Assembly (NCBI GenBank): GCA_964510585.1
Contig: CAZECW010000004.1
Coordinates: 36,751 to 68,750, forward strand
DNA: 32,000 nt
DNA from: an uncultured archaeon
GTDB taxonomy: Archaea > Asgardarchaeota > Jordiarchaeia > Jordiarchaeales > Jordiarchaeaceae
Reading direction: 5' to 3'
Shown: piece by piece, positions 16,707 through 26,170 of the stretch
Layout of the letters: every line of letters starts with the position of its first letter
Position numbering within the stretch: position 1 is the first letter of the stretch
Program-made: the position numbers and the translations under genes
Notes under the pieces: generated by a model
Told to the model about the DNA's origin: nothing
What the model saw: the letters and a program-made list of their open reading frames with translations, nothing else
The model's database searches: none

Positions 16707-18315
16707 TGGAGTATACAATCTCTCCGCCCACTATGGTCATTTCCACCTTTATTTCACTTATTCTGTTGGCTGGTACATTTAAGGGGTCGTCTGAAAGTAC
16801 CACTAAATCTGCAAGTTTACCTGTCTCAATTGAACCCTTTATTTTTTCTTCAAAAGAAGCATAGGCTGCACCCAAAGTATACATTCTAATCGCCTGCTCC
16901 ACTGATACCCTCTGCTCAGGAATGAAGGTGTAGTTGGAGGCTACCTGTCTTAAAACTGCAGCCTGTATTCCCAGCAATGGATCCATAAGCTCTACTGGGC
17001 AATCAGACCCTGCTGCTAGTATGATTCCCTCCTCCAACAACTTCTTGAAGGGATAGACGTATTTGGCTCTCTTTTCTCCTACACGGTCAAGCATCCACCG
17101 TCCGTCAGAGACAATAAATGGAGGCTGAACAGAGACAACCACTCCTAATCTTTTCATTCGCTGTATTAAATCTTCATTTAAAACTGATGCGTGCTCAATG
17201 CGGTGGCGATGGTCTTTTTTTGGTTTCTCCCTTAAGGCTTCCTCTAAAGCGTCTAAAGCTACTGTAACCGCTCTATCACCTATGCAGTGTATTGCCAACT
17301 GGAAACCTGCCAGATGAGCCTTCTTGACTATTTCACGGAGCTTCGCTTCATCGTAAATCAGGATTCCTCGATTTCCAGGGTCGTCGCTAAAAGGTTCGAG
17401 CATTGCTGCGGTGTGTCCTCCAAGACTACCATCCAGAATAATCTTTATCGCTCCAATTTTTAATTGGTGGTTTCCGAACCCCGTGTAAAAGCCAAGGCTC
17501 ATTATACTAGACATATAAGCTTCAGGAATTTGGAGATACACTCTTAGCGGAAGTTCTTCCCGCATCAGCAATGTTTGGAAAGCTCTTCCCTGGAAATCTT
17601 GAGCTTGATCCAGCAGGGGCATACAGTGTATTGAGGTTATTCCTTTGGTTACAGCCTCTTTGCAGGCAAGTTTCAAAGCTGATACGTAGTCTTCGTCTCC
17701 TAAGGATACAAGGTTGAGTATCATAAACCCTGCAGATTCACGCATTATACCTGTGGGCTCATTGGTTTCCGGATCTTTATCGATTTTTCCTCCGGGAGGA
17801 GATTCTGTTTCCGCAGTTATTTTTGCCAGTTCTAAGGCCTTGCTATTGACACAACTGATATGGCCGCAAATACGCATAAGAGTAACTGGATTATTGGGAG
17901 CCGCTTGATCCAGATCCCATCTTGTGGGGAGCCGTTTCTCGGCTAGAATTGAGTCATCCCAACCATGCCCCACTATCCACGCTCCCCTAGATTTTCTTTG
18001 AGCTTCTTTTCTTACCTTTTCCTTAATCTCTTTGATCGATTTCGCTCCTCTCAAATCCAACATGTTTAGCATAGCTCCGAAACCCAAGATGTGTATGTGG
18101 CAGTCTGTAAATCCGGGGAGAACCGTCTTACCCTTAAGATTAACAATTTTAACCTTGTTACCAAGAAGGGATTTCATCTCCTCACTGGTGCCGACGCCAA
18201 TAATTTTCCCGTCGCGGATAGCAACCGCCTCAGCCCTGGGTTTATTCGGATCCAAAGTTATAATATTACCATTCACCAAACAAAGACCTGAACGCTCAAA
18301 ATTTTTAGGATCCAT
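16699..18315 (-). CDS. Amidohydrolase_3 family (YtcJ-like) metal-dependent hydrolase
   Basis: LPGFTDCHIH, R.CGH..CVNS, KIILDGSLG..TAA, AIHCIGDRA, RIEHAS, GSDCPVE; ATG at 18315 behind AGGAGGT. Confidence 0.88.
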   Translation of the reverse strand: MDPKNFERSGLCLVNGNIITLDPNKPRAEAVAIRDGKIIGVGTSEEMKSLLGNKVKIVNLKGKTVLPGFTDCHIHILGFGAMLNMLDLRGAKSIKEIKEKVRKEAQRKSRGAWIVGHGWDDSILAEKRLPTRWDLDQAAPNNPVTLMRICGHISCVNSKALELAKITAETESPPGGKIDKDPETNEPTGIMRESAGFMILNLVSLGDEDYVSALKLACKEAVTKGITSIHCMPLLDQAQDFQGRAFQTLLMREELPLRVYLQIPEAYMSSIMSLGFYTGFGNHQLKIGAIKIILDGSLGGHTAAMLEPFSDDPGNRGILIYDEAKLREIVKKAHLAGFQLAIHCIGDRAVTVALDALEEALREKPKKDHRHRIEHASVLNEDLIQRMKRLGVVVSVQPPFIVSDGRWMLDRVGEKRAKYVYPFKKLLEEGIILAAGSDCPVELMDPLLGIQAAVLRQVASNYTFIPEQRVSVEQAIRMYTLGAAYASFEEKIKGSIETGKLADLVVLSDDPLNVPANRISEIKVEMTIVGGEIVYSKK

Positions 18316-18387
18316 ATAATTAAACCTCCTTTCATATACCGCCAACAATTATTCGATAAAACGATTATTCTATTTGGAATAAATTTT

Positions 18388-19752
18388 TCAGATTTCTGCA
18401 TAGTTATAGAGAAAAGAGGCCACGTATTTTTCGAAGTCTTTTATTCCATCAACCATGAGATACTCATTAGGTGCATGTGCTCTACCGCCGTGCCCTGGAC
18501 CGCTCATTATGAATTTCATGTTAAACGGTGGTTTGGTGAAAAGGTAGAAGGGGGCGCTTCCAGGTAACATTGGCATCACAACCGGTTCGTAGTTGAGATC
18601 CTTGAATGTTTTTATTGCTGCTTGGCTGATTTTGTCTTTGACTGAAACTTTCACCCATTCGTAGGCACCTAGAACTCGCACCTCAATGTCCTCGAAGCCT
18701 CGCTTCTTCAAGTGAGTCTTAACTCTATCAATGACCTCGCCGGTAGTCATGTTTGGAACCAGTCTAATATCAATCTTAACGGTTGCCTTAGCAGGAGTAA
18801 TGGTCTTTGTTCCAGGCCCCGTCCACCCACTAATTATTCCGTCAATGTTGATGGGTGACGGCTTAAAGATCAAGTTTCTAGCCATCGCCTTAGGATTCTC
18901 ACCGCGATAATTCTCAACCTGGTAGCTTGCGGTCATAGCCTTAACCAGCAGTTCGGAATACTTGTCTACCAGCTCCAAATCCTCAGGAGAAGGGGGCTCA
19001 ACATTATCATAGAATCCCTCAATCAAAACCTCATCTTGTCCACGCATACTGTTCAAAGCCCAAATCAGGCGCCAAACAGGGTTAGGGAGAATATTAGCTT
19101 GGCTTGAATGAACATCTAAAGGATTTGTTTTACACTCCAGTTCCATGTATACGATGCCCTTAAGGCCAAGAAGCAGAGCTGGAGGGGCTCCCGGAACCGC
19201 TTGGCTTGGAATCCACATACCCATAGCTTCGCATTGCTTCAACTCGCTCTCCCTCTTTTTAGCCCATTCTGGCAGGTGAATACTGGCTTGCTCTTCCTCA
19301 CCCTCCACTCCAAAAATTAAATTGAATGGTAAATCTCCAGCGACTTCCAGAATAGATTGCAGAGCGTTAAGAGTAGCCATAAATGGGCCCTTACTGTTTA
19401 TGGCGCCCCTCGCTATTATGCGGTTATCAATAATTTTGGCTTCAAATGGTGGTGACGCCCATTCGTTCAGAGGTTCCACGGGCTGAGTATCATACATTCC
19501 ATATATGAACATCCAGCGATTGCTAGTTTTGGATTTGAGTTTCCCAAAGACTACAGGATAGCCCGAGGTGCTATCGATTGTGGATTCTGCGCCCAGCATC
19601 TCTTTTAGGTAGTCACGTGTCATTTCTGCGGTTTCCTGCATGCCTTCCCCTGTTTGGGAAATGCTTGGTTGCCTCAAGTATTCCTGTATTCTTTTAATGT
19701 GGTCGTCAAAGTGTTCATCTATGTGCTTGTGAATCTTTTCGATTTCAGGCAT
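18388..19752 (-). CDS. M20/M25/M40 family metallo-hydrolase with atypical metal ligands
   Basis: YGMYDTQP, RGAINSKG, EGEEE, dimerisation domain KIDIRLVP, HAPNE. Confidence 0.85.
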   Translation of the reverse strand: MPEIEKIHKHIDEHFDDHIKRIQEYLRQPSISQTGEGMQETAEMTRDYLKEMLGAESTIDSTSGYPVVFGKLKSKTSNRWMFIYGMYDTQPVEPLNEWASPPFEAKIIDNRIIARGAINSKGPFMATLNALQSILEVAGDLPFNLIFGVEGEEEQASIHLPEWAKKRESELKQCEAMGMWIPSQAVPGAPPALLLGLKGIVYMELECKTNPLDVHSSQANILPNPVWRLIWALNSMRGQDEVLIEGFYDNVEPPSPEDLELVDKYSELLVKAMTASYQVENYRGENPKAMARNLIFKPSPINIDGIISGWTGPGTKTITPAKATVKIDIRLVPNMTTGEVIDRVKTHLKKRGFEDIEVRVLGAYEWVKVSVKDKISQAAIKTFKDLNYEPVVMPMLPGSAPFYLFTKPPFNMKFIMSGPGHGGRAHAPNEYLMVDGIKDFEKYVASFLYNYAEI

Positions 19753-19813
19753 TCAATTCTCCTCCACATAAATAAAAACCTAAACCAGTTGGGATTTATC
19801 TTTTTTCTAATTT

Positions 19814-20140
19814 TTATTTTACATTTCTTATGTATGCTACGCCAAGAGGGGTCAAGTCCACCACATTTCCTTTTACAGTGATGAACAAGATATCTTTGAG
19901 GAATTGTATATGGAAACTTAATGTTTTTTCATCCATTTTTAGGAGGGTTGCTATTTCTTGTACGGTTAGCGCTTTTTCTTTGAGCATTGTTAGAATTTCT
20001 CTTCTGATTGGATTTTGCATGGCTCGGAGGGCTCTTCTATGTGCCTCAGTTGGGTCTTTTACCGAGCCGCTTTCATCTAATTTTCGTTTCCAAGCTTTAA
20101 GTTCTTCGTCACTCATTTCTCTACAATTTTTCGTTTCCAA
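19814..20140 (-). CDS. ArsR-like winged helix-turn-helix protein, paralog 1
   Basis: RAMQNPIRREILTMLKEKALTVQEIATLLKMDEKTLSFHIQFL; TTG at 20140 behind GGGTGA. Confidence 0.8.
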   Translation of the reverse strand: METKNCREMSDEELKAWKRKLDESGSVKDPTEAHRRALRAMQNPIRREILTMLKEKALTVQEIATLLKMDEKTLSFHIQFLKDILFITVKGNVVDLTPLGVAYIRNVK

Positions 20141-20220
20141 ACTGTTCACCCTGCTTCATCATACTTATCTCAAGAAGCATCAAGTGGTCTTGGTCTCCTC
20201 CTCCATTTGTTTGGTGCTTT

Positions 20221-20550
20221 TCATCTTATTACGTTTTTTAGGTATACAACTCCGAAAGGTGTCAGATCCACCATGTTCCCTTCTATGGTTATGTAATATG
20301 TTAGCATGAGATATTGAAGATGGAACTGCACAATTTTTTCATCCAGTTTCAAACTCTCAGATATCTCCTGTATGGACAAAGCCTTATCTTTAAGAAGCAT
20401 CAAGATTTCTCTCCTGGCGGGGTTTTGCATAGCTAGAAGAGCTCTCCTATGCCACTCTGTCGAATTTCCCTCTATGTTCCTCTCTAACACGTTCATTCTC
20501 CAATCTTCGATTTCCTCATCGCTCATTTCTCTACAATCCTTGTTCTGCAA
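20221..20550 (-). CDS. ArsR-like winged helix-turn-helix protein, paralog 2
   Basis: AMQNPARREILMLLKDKALSIQEISESLKLDEKIVQFHLQYL; colinear with paralog 1 (CREMSDEE, HRRAL, VDLTP). Confidence 0.8.
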   Translation of the reverse strand: MQNKDCREMSDEEIEDWRMNVLERNIEGNSTEWHRRALLAMQNPARREILMLLKDKALSIQEISESLKLDEKIVQFHLQYLMLTYYITIEGNMVDLTPFGVVYLKNVIR

Positions 20551-20694
20551 AACCAGCACCACTTATGGAATTTACATAGTACAACAGTGAACTAACATTA
20601 AATTGTTTCGCATCCAAATCATGTTTTCCTCACCAACCAAAATACTCAAAATCCAATGTGGGAATATCACCTAGCTAAAGTAGGTTTTAAGTTT

Positions 20695-20710
20695 GAAAAA
20701 AGATTTATAG
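20695..20710 (+). promoter_or_regulatory. Putative BRE/TATA promoter of the PaaK-like gene
   Basis: GAAAAAAGA-TTTATAG about 85 nt upstream of ATG 20792. Confidence 0.5.
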
Positions 20711-20791
20711 CCCCTAGAAAACATTGGGAACTCTGATATTCTACTTGGCGATTCGATTCATCAAAATCCTAAAAATATAGTTGGTGTCTTT

Positions 20792-22099
20792 ATGGAGCTG
20801 GATTTGTCCAGAGAAGAATTGTTAAACCTGCAAGAAAAGAAATTCAAGCGCACAATGGAACTGGCATTTAAAACACCACTATACAGCCAAAAATTCAAAG
20901 AAGCAGGACTAAGCCTGGCAGACATCACAAGCTTAAAAGATTTAGAAAAGTTACCATTCTCCAGCAAACAAGACATCGTCAAGGACTATAGAGCAGCAAT
21001 CGCAGACCACAGTAATTTAGCAGTGTTCCACACCACCTCAGGAACATCAGGAATCCCCACAGTTGTAGGCTACACCAACAATGATGTCGAAACACAAACC
21101 ATCAATGAAGCCCGAAACCTGCTAACAGCAGGATTCAAAAAGGGAGACATAATAATTAATACTACACCCTATGGCATGTTTTTTGCGGGCGTTTGTATTC
21201 ATGACGCTATAAGGAGAATTGGGGCTGTTGTGGTTCCTTCTGGTAAATTGGCGAGCAGTAGGCAGCAGGTGGATATGATTCATTTTTATCGCCCCACCGG
21301 AGTTATTGGCATTGCCCAGTTTATTTTGAAGTGGGCTTCCCTGTATGAGGATATGTTTGGAGAGGATCCTCGGGAAAGTTCTCTTAATAGAGGGTATGCT
21401 CTTGGGGAGCCGGTTCCAGAGGGTAAAAGAAAACGCATAGAGGATGTTTGGGATATTGACCTTAGAATTGGGTATGGTTTGACGGAGGTAGGCAGTGGGG
21501 GAGAGTGCGAAGAGAAAAATGGTGTGCATTGGCAAGAGGATCTCTCCTTGGTGGAGGTTATCGATCCAGACAATAATGAGAGGGTTGCGGATGGGGAAAG
21601 AGGGGAGCTAGTTTATACTACTATTTCTAGGACTGGCACTTTGGCCATTAGGTTTTGTTCAAGGGATAGTTCCTTTATAGTGAGTGGTGACTGCTCCTGC
21701 GGTCGTATAACGCGGAGAGTTATGCCTCCAGAGTTTCGTTTGGATAGTTTGATTAAGATTAAGGGAACCCTTACCAGTCCTTTCGCCATTGATTCAGCGA
21801 TTTTCAGTTACGAGGGTGTTAGAGATTACCTGGTGGTGGTGAGCGAAGATTCATCGGGTCTTGATCGCGTGGATGTTTATATTGATTCAGACTCCTTCAC
21901 GCCTAAACAAATTGAGAGTTTATATGATCGATTTGGTGGTAAGGTTTGGTTTAACCCCTCATCAGTAAAAATAGTGGAGAAGGATAGTATTCCAGTAATT
22001 GGTAGGAAGGGGAAGAAAATTATTGACCTTAGAACCGAAGCGGACTATGGGGATGAACTTAAAACCTTTCTGGAAAAGTATGGGGAATCCAACCAATAA
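20792..22099 (+). CDS. Phenylacetate--CoA ligase family (ANL adenylate-forming) protein
   Basis: LEKLPFSSKQD, TTSGTSGIP, GEP, YGLTE, VYTT.SR.G...IRF, IKIKGT. Confidence 0.85.
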   Translation: MELDLSREELLNLQEKKFKRTMELAFKTPLYSQKFKEAGLSLADITSLKDLEKLPFSSKQDIVKDYRAAIADHSNLAVFHTTSGTSGIPTVVGYTNNDVETQTINEARNLLTAGFKKGDIIINTTPYGMFFAGVCIHDAIRRIGAVVVPSGKLASSRQQVDMIHFYRPTGVIGIAQFILKWASLYEDMFGEDPRESSLNRGYALGEPVPEGKRKRIEDVWDIDLRIGYGLTEVGSGGECEEKNGVHWQEDLSLVEVIDPDNNERVADGERGELVYTTISRTGTLAIRFCSRDSSFIVSGDCSCGRITRRVMPPEFRLDSLIKIKGTLTSPFAIDSAIFSYEGVRDYLVVVSEDSSGLDRVDVYIDSDSFTPKQIESLYDRFGGKVWFNPSSVKIVEKDSIPVIGRKGKKIIDLRTEADYGDELKTFLEKYGESNQ

Positions 22100-22140
22100 T
22101 TCTCTGACATGTTTTCAGGAGACTTTGGTCATTTCTTCTG

Positions 22141-23427
22141 TTACTCCCTTACGATTTCTGGGACTCTGATTCCCTGTTTTTCCAGTCTTTCGTTTACAAT
22201 CTGTTTCATTTTCTCGTTGGTCAGGGTTTTAATTTGGTGGGGAGCATAGACCCCGATGTCGGTTATTATTAGGTCGATTAGCTTGGGCGGAGTGACGTCA
22301 AAGGCGGGATTGTATATTACTATTTCTCCTTTTCCCGGAATTCTTTTGTTAGTGATAATGTTTCTTGGGGGCCACTCTTTTAGGCTTTTTTCGCTGATTA
22401 TCTTGTTTTTCCGCTTGTCTTCTGCCTCCAGTTTGTATAGGTATGTTACTTCATCAATACTGCGTTCCTCTATGGGTATTTCGCTTCCCTTCTTGGTTTC
22501 CAGGTCAATGGTGCTGTACGAGGTAGCGTAGTAAAAGTCCACATTTCCGTAAAGGGCTGCTATTCTCGCGATGTCGGCGGATCCAATTTTGTTTGCTACT
22601 GATCCATCCCTGGCTACTCTATCTACTCCAAGGAGAACCTTGTTCACCCCGAAGCGTTCGAAGGAGGATGATATCATATTGTCTGTCACAATTATTATGG
22701 GCACTTGGGCCCTGTTTAGCTCCCATACTGTGAGTTTGTATCCTTGGCTACGGGGGCGTGTTTCTTTTGAAACCATAACTATGTCTTTTCCCTCAACGTA
22801 TGCTTCTTCAAGCATACCCAAAGCATGGCCGCCGTAACTTGAGGACATGCTTCCACCATTGCAGTGAGTCATAATCACATCTCCGTCCTCTATGTACTGT
22901 TTTCCGTCCTGCCTCAGGTACCAGCTCAGTATAAGGTCCGCGGCCAAAAAGTAGTCTGCAGCTTCCCTTACTCCCTCAACAGCCTCTTCAACCTTCCCAC
23001 TTTTGTTGAGAGATTTCTCCGCAGTCTTAAGACATAAATCCGTTGCCCACTTTAGGGGAGAAGCGGTTGGCCTAGTACTATTTAAGAAATCGGCAGCTTC
23101 CCTCAACTTTTTCATGAAAACATCTTTTTTCTCTTTTTTAAACTCTAAAGCCGCCAGCAACATCCCATAGCCTGCAGCGCATCCTATTGCCTGACTGCCT
23201 CTAACAATCATTCCCTTTATGCCCGGAATGCCCGCCTCGCGGTAATCCCTAGTTTTCCACACTGTAAACTCATAGGGAAGCTTTGTCTGGTCCAGCAGAA
23301 CCAGCGTTTCCTCCTCCGATTCATAGTGGACTGTAAGAGGAATATTTGTTTTATTATGAACATAAGCTCCACTCTCAGCGTCGAATTCCAGTCCTATCTT
23401 TTTGAAGACCTTTTGAATATCAACCAT
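22141..23427 (-). CDS. Second, divergent MtnA/eIF-2B-family sugar-phosphate isomerase
   Basis: VRGSQAIG (for RGAPAIG), TRPTA, THCNGGSMSSSYGG, ETRPRSQG, GVDR, NKIGS, NPAFDVTP; catalytic Cys and Asp kept; long insert before NPAFD. Confidence 0.85.
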   Translation of the reverse strand: MVDIQKVFKKIGLEFDAESGAYVHNKTNIPLTVHYESEEETLVLLDQTKLPYEFTVWKTRDYREAGIPGIKGMIVRGSQAIGCAAGYGMLLAALEFKKEKKDVFMKKLREAADFLNSTRPTASPLKWATDLCLKTAEKSLNKSGKVEEAVEGVREAADYFLAADLILSWYLRQDGKQYIEDGDVIMTHCNGGSMSSSYGGHALGMLEEAYVEGKDIVMVSKETRPRSQGYKLTVWELNRAQVPIIIVTDNMISSSFERFGVNKVLLGVDRVARDGSVANKIGSADIARIAALYGNVDFYYATSYSTIDLETKKGSEIPIEERSIDEVTYLYKLEAEDKRKNKIISEKSLKEWPPRNIITNKRIPGKGEIVIYNPAFDVTPPKLIDLIITDIGVYAPHQIKTLTNEKMKQIVNERLEKQGIRVPEIVRE

Positions 23428-23583
23428 ATGCTTGCAACTCCGTAAAATTTGATAACGTTCATAATTTAGGTAACTATTTGAATTTTATGTGTTCAGATAC
23501 AGAAAAATCCGAAGCTTAAATAAATTTAGTGCCACGCAGCTGAAACGAAACTAAAATCGGGAAATAGTTACAGAATTAAGTTT

Positions 23584-24534
23584 CTAGCCCTTCACTTTTT
23601 TATGGAATTCCTCTAGTTCTTTTTTGTTTGGGCTTCCTCTTGTTTCACTTCTAGTTGCTTTAAAAGCCCCCGCCAGGTTTGCCCTTTGCAAGGACTCAAT
23701 GAGAGAATATCCTTGAGCCAGAGACGCCGCCAAAACTCCATGGAACGCGTCTCCACACCCCACCGTATTAACCACCTTGAAGCCATACTTCTGAAGTGGA
23801 ATGCCCCTAATTATTATGCTTTGCTCATCTCTTGGGTCAATCAACTGGGATCCCTCAGCCCCCATTTTTTTAATCACCTTTAAATTCTTGTTAATGGGAG
23901 AAAGACGTTTCTTCACTTCTTCCGGTTCACTGGCGCCAGTTAGGTTTTCCACCTCCACAGCGTTCATCAAAAGAATATCCACAAATTTTAAAATGTCTTT
24001 TAGTGACTCGTATCCCTTCACACAGTGTATCCCTGGATCCCAAATGGTGATAGCCCCAAATTTTTTTCCAAGCTCCACAACCTTCAAAACCACGGGAAGC
24101 GGTGGATCAACTACCGCCAACACCTTGGCTTGACGTATCAACGCTAACCTTTTCACTTCCTCCACATCCTCTGGCTTAATTTCGTGATTCGCCCCAAAAA
24201 GAGTGTTAATAAAGTTCTCACCCTTAGAATCTATCACAATATAGGCTTGACCAGACTCCACACCCCTAACTGTAATAATTCCACTTATATCGACCCCCTC
24301 ACCCTCCAAAACCTTTTTCTGCATCTCAGCTATCTGGTCATCACCCAAACCGCCAATGAACGCCACCTCACCCGGATCCATCAATCTTGCAGCCGCCACA
24401 GCCACATTGGCGCCCTTCCCCCCAGGAATGCGTGTTATCCTTTTCACCGGCACCTCCTCACCTATCTTGGGAAATCTTTCCACAAAGAGATTAATATCAT
24501 AGTTTATAGCCCCAAAACTCACCACTTTGGCCAT
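23584..24534 (-). CDS. PfkB-family sugar kinase, ribokinase-like
   Basis: GAINYD, PGGKGANVAVAAARL, GLGDD, N..E, NTVGCGDAF, RGSP; start placed at ATG 24534. Confidence 0.85.
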   Translation of the reverse strand: MAKVVSFGAINYDINLFVERFPKIGEEVPVKRITRIPGGKGANVAVAAARLMDPGEVAFIGGLGDDQIAEMQKKVLEGEGVDISGIITVRGVESGQAYIVIDSKGENFINTLFGANHEIKPEDVEEVKRLALIRQAKVLAVVDPPLPVVLKVVELGKKFGAITIWDPGIHCVKGYESLKDILKFVDILLMNAVEVENLTGASEPEEVKKRLSPINKNLKVIKKMGAEGSQLIDPRDEQSIIIRGIPLQKYGFKVVNTVGCGDAFHGVLAASLAQGYSLIESLQRANLAGAFKATRSETRGSPNKKELEEFHKKVKG

Positions 24535-24671
24535 AGGAACCACTTCAAACCCTTTATATGTTTTACCAAAAAATTTCAAGGTTTTTATTGGTAATTTCAC
24601 ATTCCTTCATAAAAGCATTACCCCAAAATCAAATGAAAAACAAAATAATCCCAAAAAAGGCTACAAACTCT

Positions 24672-25466
24672 TTAAATTATATCCAAAATTTCTGAAATAT
24701 TATTCACCGTATAGTCCGGCTTCTCATCATCACAAGTTGGCTCCCTCTCAGCGTGTAAATCCTTCCTCACACGTATAGTAATCGCCCCAATGGATTTCGC
24801 CCAAGCAAAATCATTCCTGGGATCATCACCAACAACGAAAATTCTCTTACCAGTAACGGGTTGACCCAAATCCTCCTCCAAACACTGAATAAGCCTCTCA
24901 AGAAACTCGGGAGCTGGCTTACATACACCTAAACGCTCCGAAGAAAACAAGAAGCGATAGTGCTTCCCGGGCTCCAGCCCGAAAAGTTTCATCTTCAACT
25001 CAGTTTCCTCGTCCTCATTATTGGTGGCAATCACAACAATCGACTTCCTATTCAGCATCTCAAGCGTTTTATGAGTATCCGGATACGGCCTTGCACGAGC
25101 AACAAAATGCTTCCAATAAAAATCGTGAATCTTGTCAAGAAACTCTGAAGCAAACCTAATCCCATTATTCTGCTGCACCTTCTCAAGAAATAACCTCAAC
25201 CTAATCCTCTTATTATGCCTCCTCGGCTTAAGAGGATACAATTCATAATGCTCCTTCTTAGCCTGCCTGTAAAACTGCTCCATCTTTTCCAAGCTAACCC
25301 TCGAACCACAACTCCTACTAGCCTCCTGACAAGTCAACTCAAAAACCTTCCTAAACGCCTCTTCCTCAGGAATAAGCGACAAACCCAAAGTACCATCCAT
25401 ATCAAAAATAACCACAGTATCCCCGTCCGACTGAAAAACGCCAGTTCCCTTCTTCGAGAAAACCAC
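24672..25466 (-). CDS. HAD-superfamily hydrolase (cap C1 type)
   Basis: VIFDMDGTL (motif I), ATN (II), KP (III), VGDDPRND (IV). Start placed at GTG 25466 behind AGGGTG; the upstream ORF extension is low-complexity artefact. Confidence 0.85.
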   Translation of the reverse strand: MVFSKKGTGVFQSDGDTVVIFDMDGTLGLSLIPEEEAFRKVFELTCQEASRSCGSRVSLEKMEQFYRQAKKEHYELYPLKPRRHNKRIRLRLFLEKVQQNNGIRFASEFLDKIHDFYWKHFVARARPYPDTHKTLEMLNRKSIVVIATNNEDEETELKMKLFGLEPGKHYRFLFSSERLGVCKPAPEFLERLIQCLEEDLGQPVTGKRIFVVGDDPRNDFAWAKSIGAITIRVRKDLHAEREPTCDDEKPDYTVNNISEILDII

Positions 25467-25479
25467 CGTAAACACCCTA

Positions 25480-25920
25480 AACAATTCTACAAGGCACCAA
25501 ACACAAAAAAGACACAAAAAAATTAGCAAAATATCCTTATAAGCATTTGTATACCAAAAACCAAACCCGACCCACACCCCACAAAAACCCAAACACACAA
25601 CTACGCTACAAGACCACAAAACAACCAAAAGCACGAAAACATAACAAGTACACATAACCAAACAACACAAGAAAAATGAAACACAACACACCCCCCAACA
25701 AACTGAACCACACAAAACAAGAACCCAAAACACCCAATTTCCAACCCCAAAAAGAAACAATACAAAACCCCCAAAAACCAACACTCTCCTCCCAAAACAA
25801 AAAACATCAAACACACCACCAAAAACAAACTGCCAAAAACACCAATCACCAAAAAACAGTAAAAAACAAAAAAATAATCACCAACACCAAAACACCACAA
25901 AAACCAAAAATAAGGAAAAA
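25480..25920. repeat. Aperiodic A/C-rich low-complexity tract
   Basis: Hand count over 25681-25920: 7 G and 15 T in 240 nt (about 91% A+C). Confidence 0.9.
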
Positions 25921-25923
25921 CCA

Positions 25924-26035
25924 TTGGGAGACACCGTGTACCCTAGGATACTAACACATGACATCCCAGGATAGAGCGACACGCCCTTGCCTCAGCCATG
26001 CTCTCTCATACCAGGGAAGCACCGGCGTCTCCCAA
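25924..26035 (-). ncRNA. Candidate structured RNA or miniature element, unassigned
   Basis: 13-bp closing stem TTGGGAGACGCCG/CGGTGTCTCCCAA with inner helices CCCTGG/CTAGGG and AGAGC/GCTCT; imperfect pairs are G-U only on the minus strand. No family recognised. Confidence 0.3.
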
Positions 26036-26170
26036 AGCCGCTGTAGTCTACCTGGGTAGGCTCCCCAATCATAGAAAGGCAACCGCCACACTCCTGAAGA
26101 AGCCCGTCGAGTAGACATTATCACGGCAACAAATGTAGCCCAACCCCTTGCCCTAAACTTCATCCCAACT

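Noticed and set aside
22141-23427. Translation factor eIF-2B subunit or canonical ribose-1,5-bisphosphate isomerase
   Set aside because: Catalytic HCN and D residues and ETRP..QG point to an MtnA-like enzyme; HCN rather than HCH argues against canonical R15Pi.
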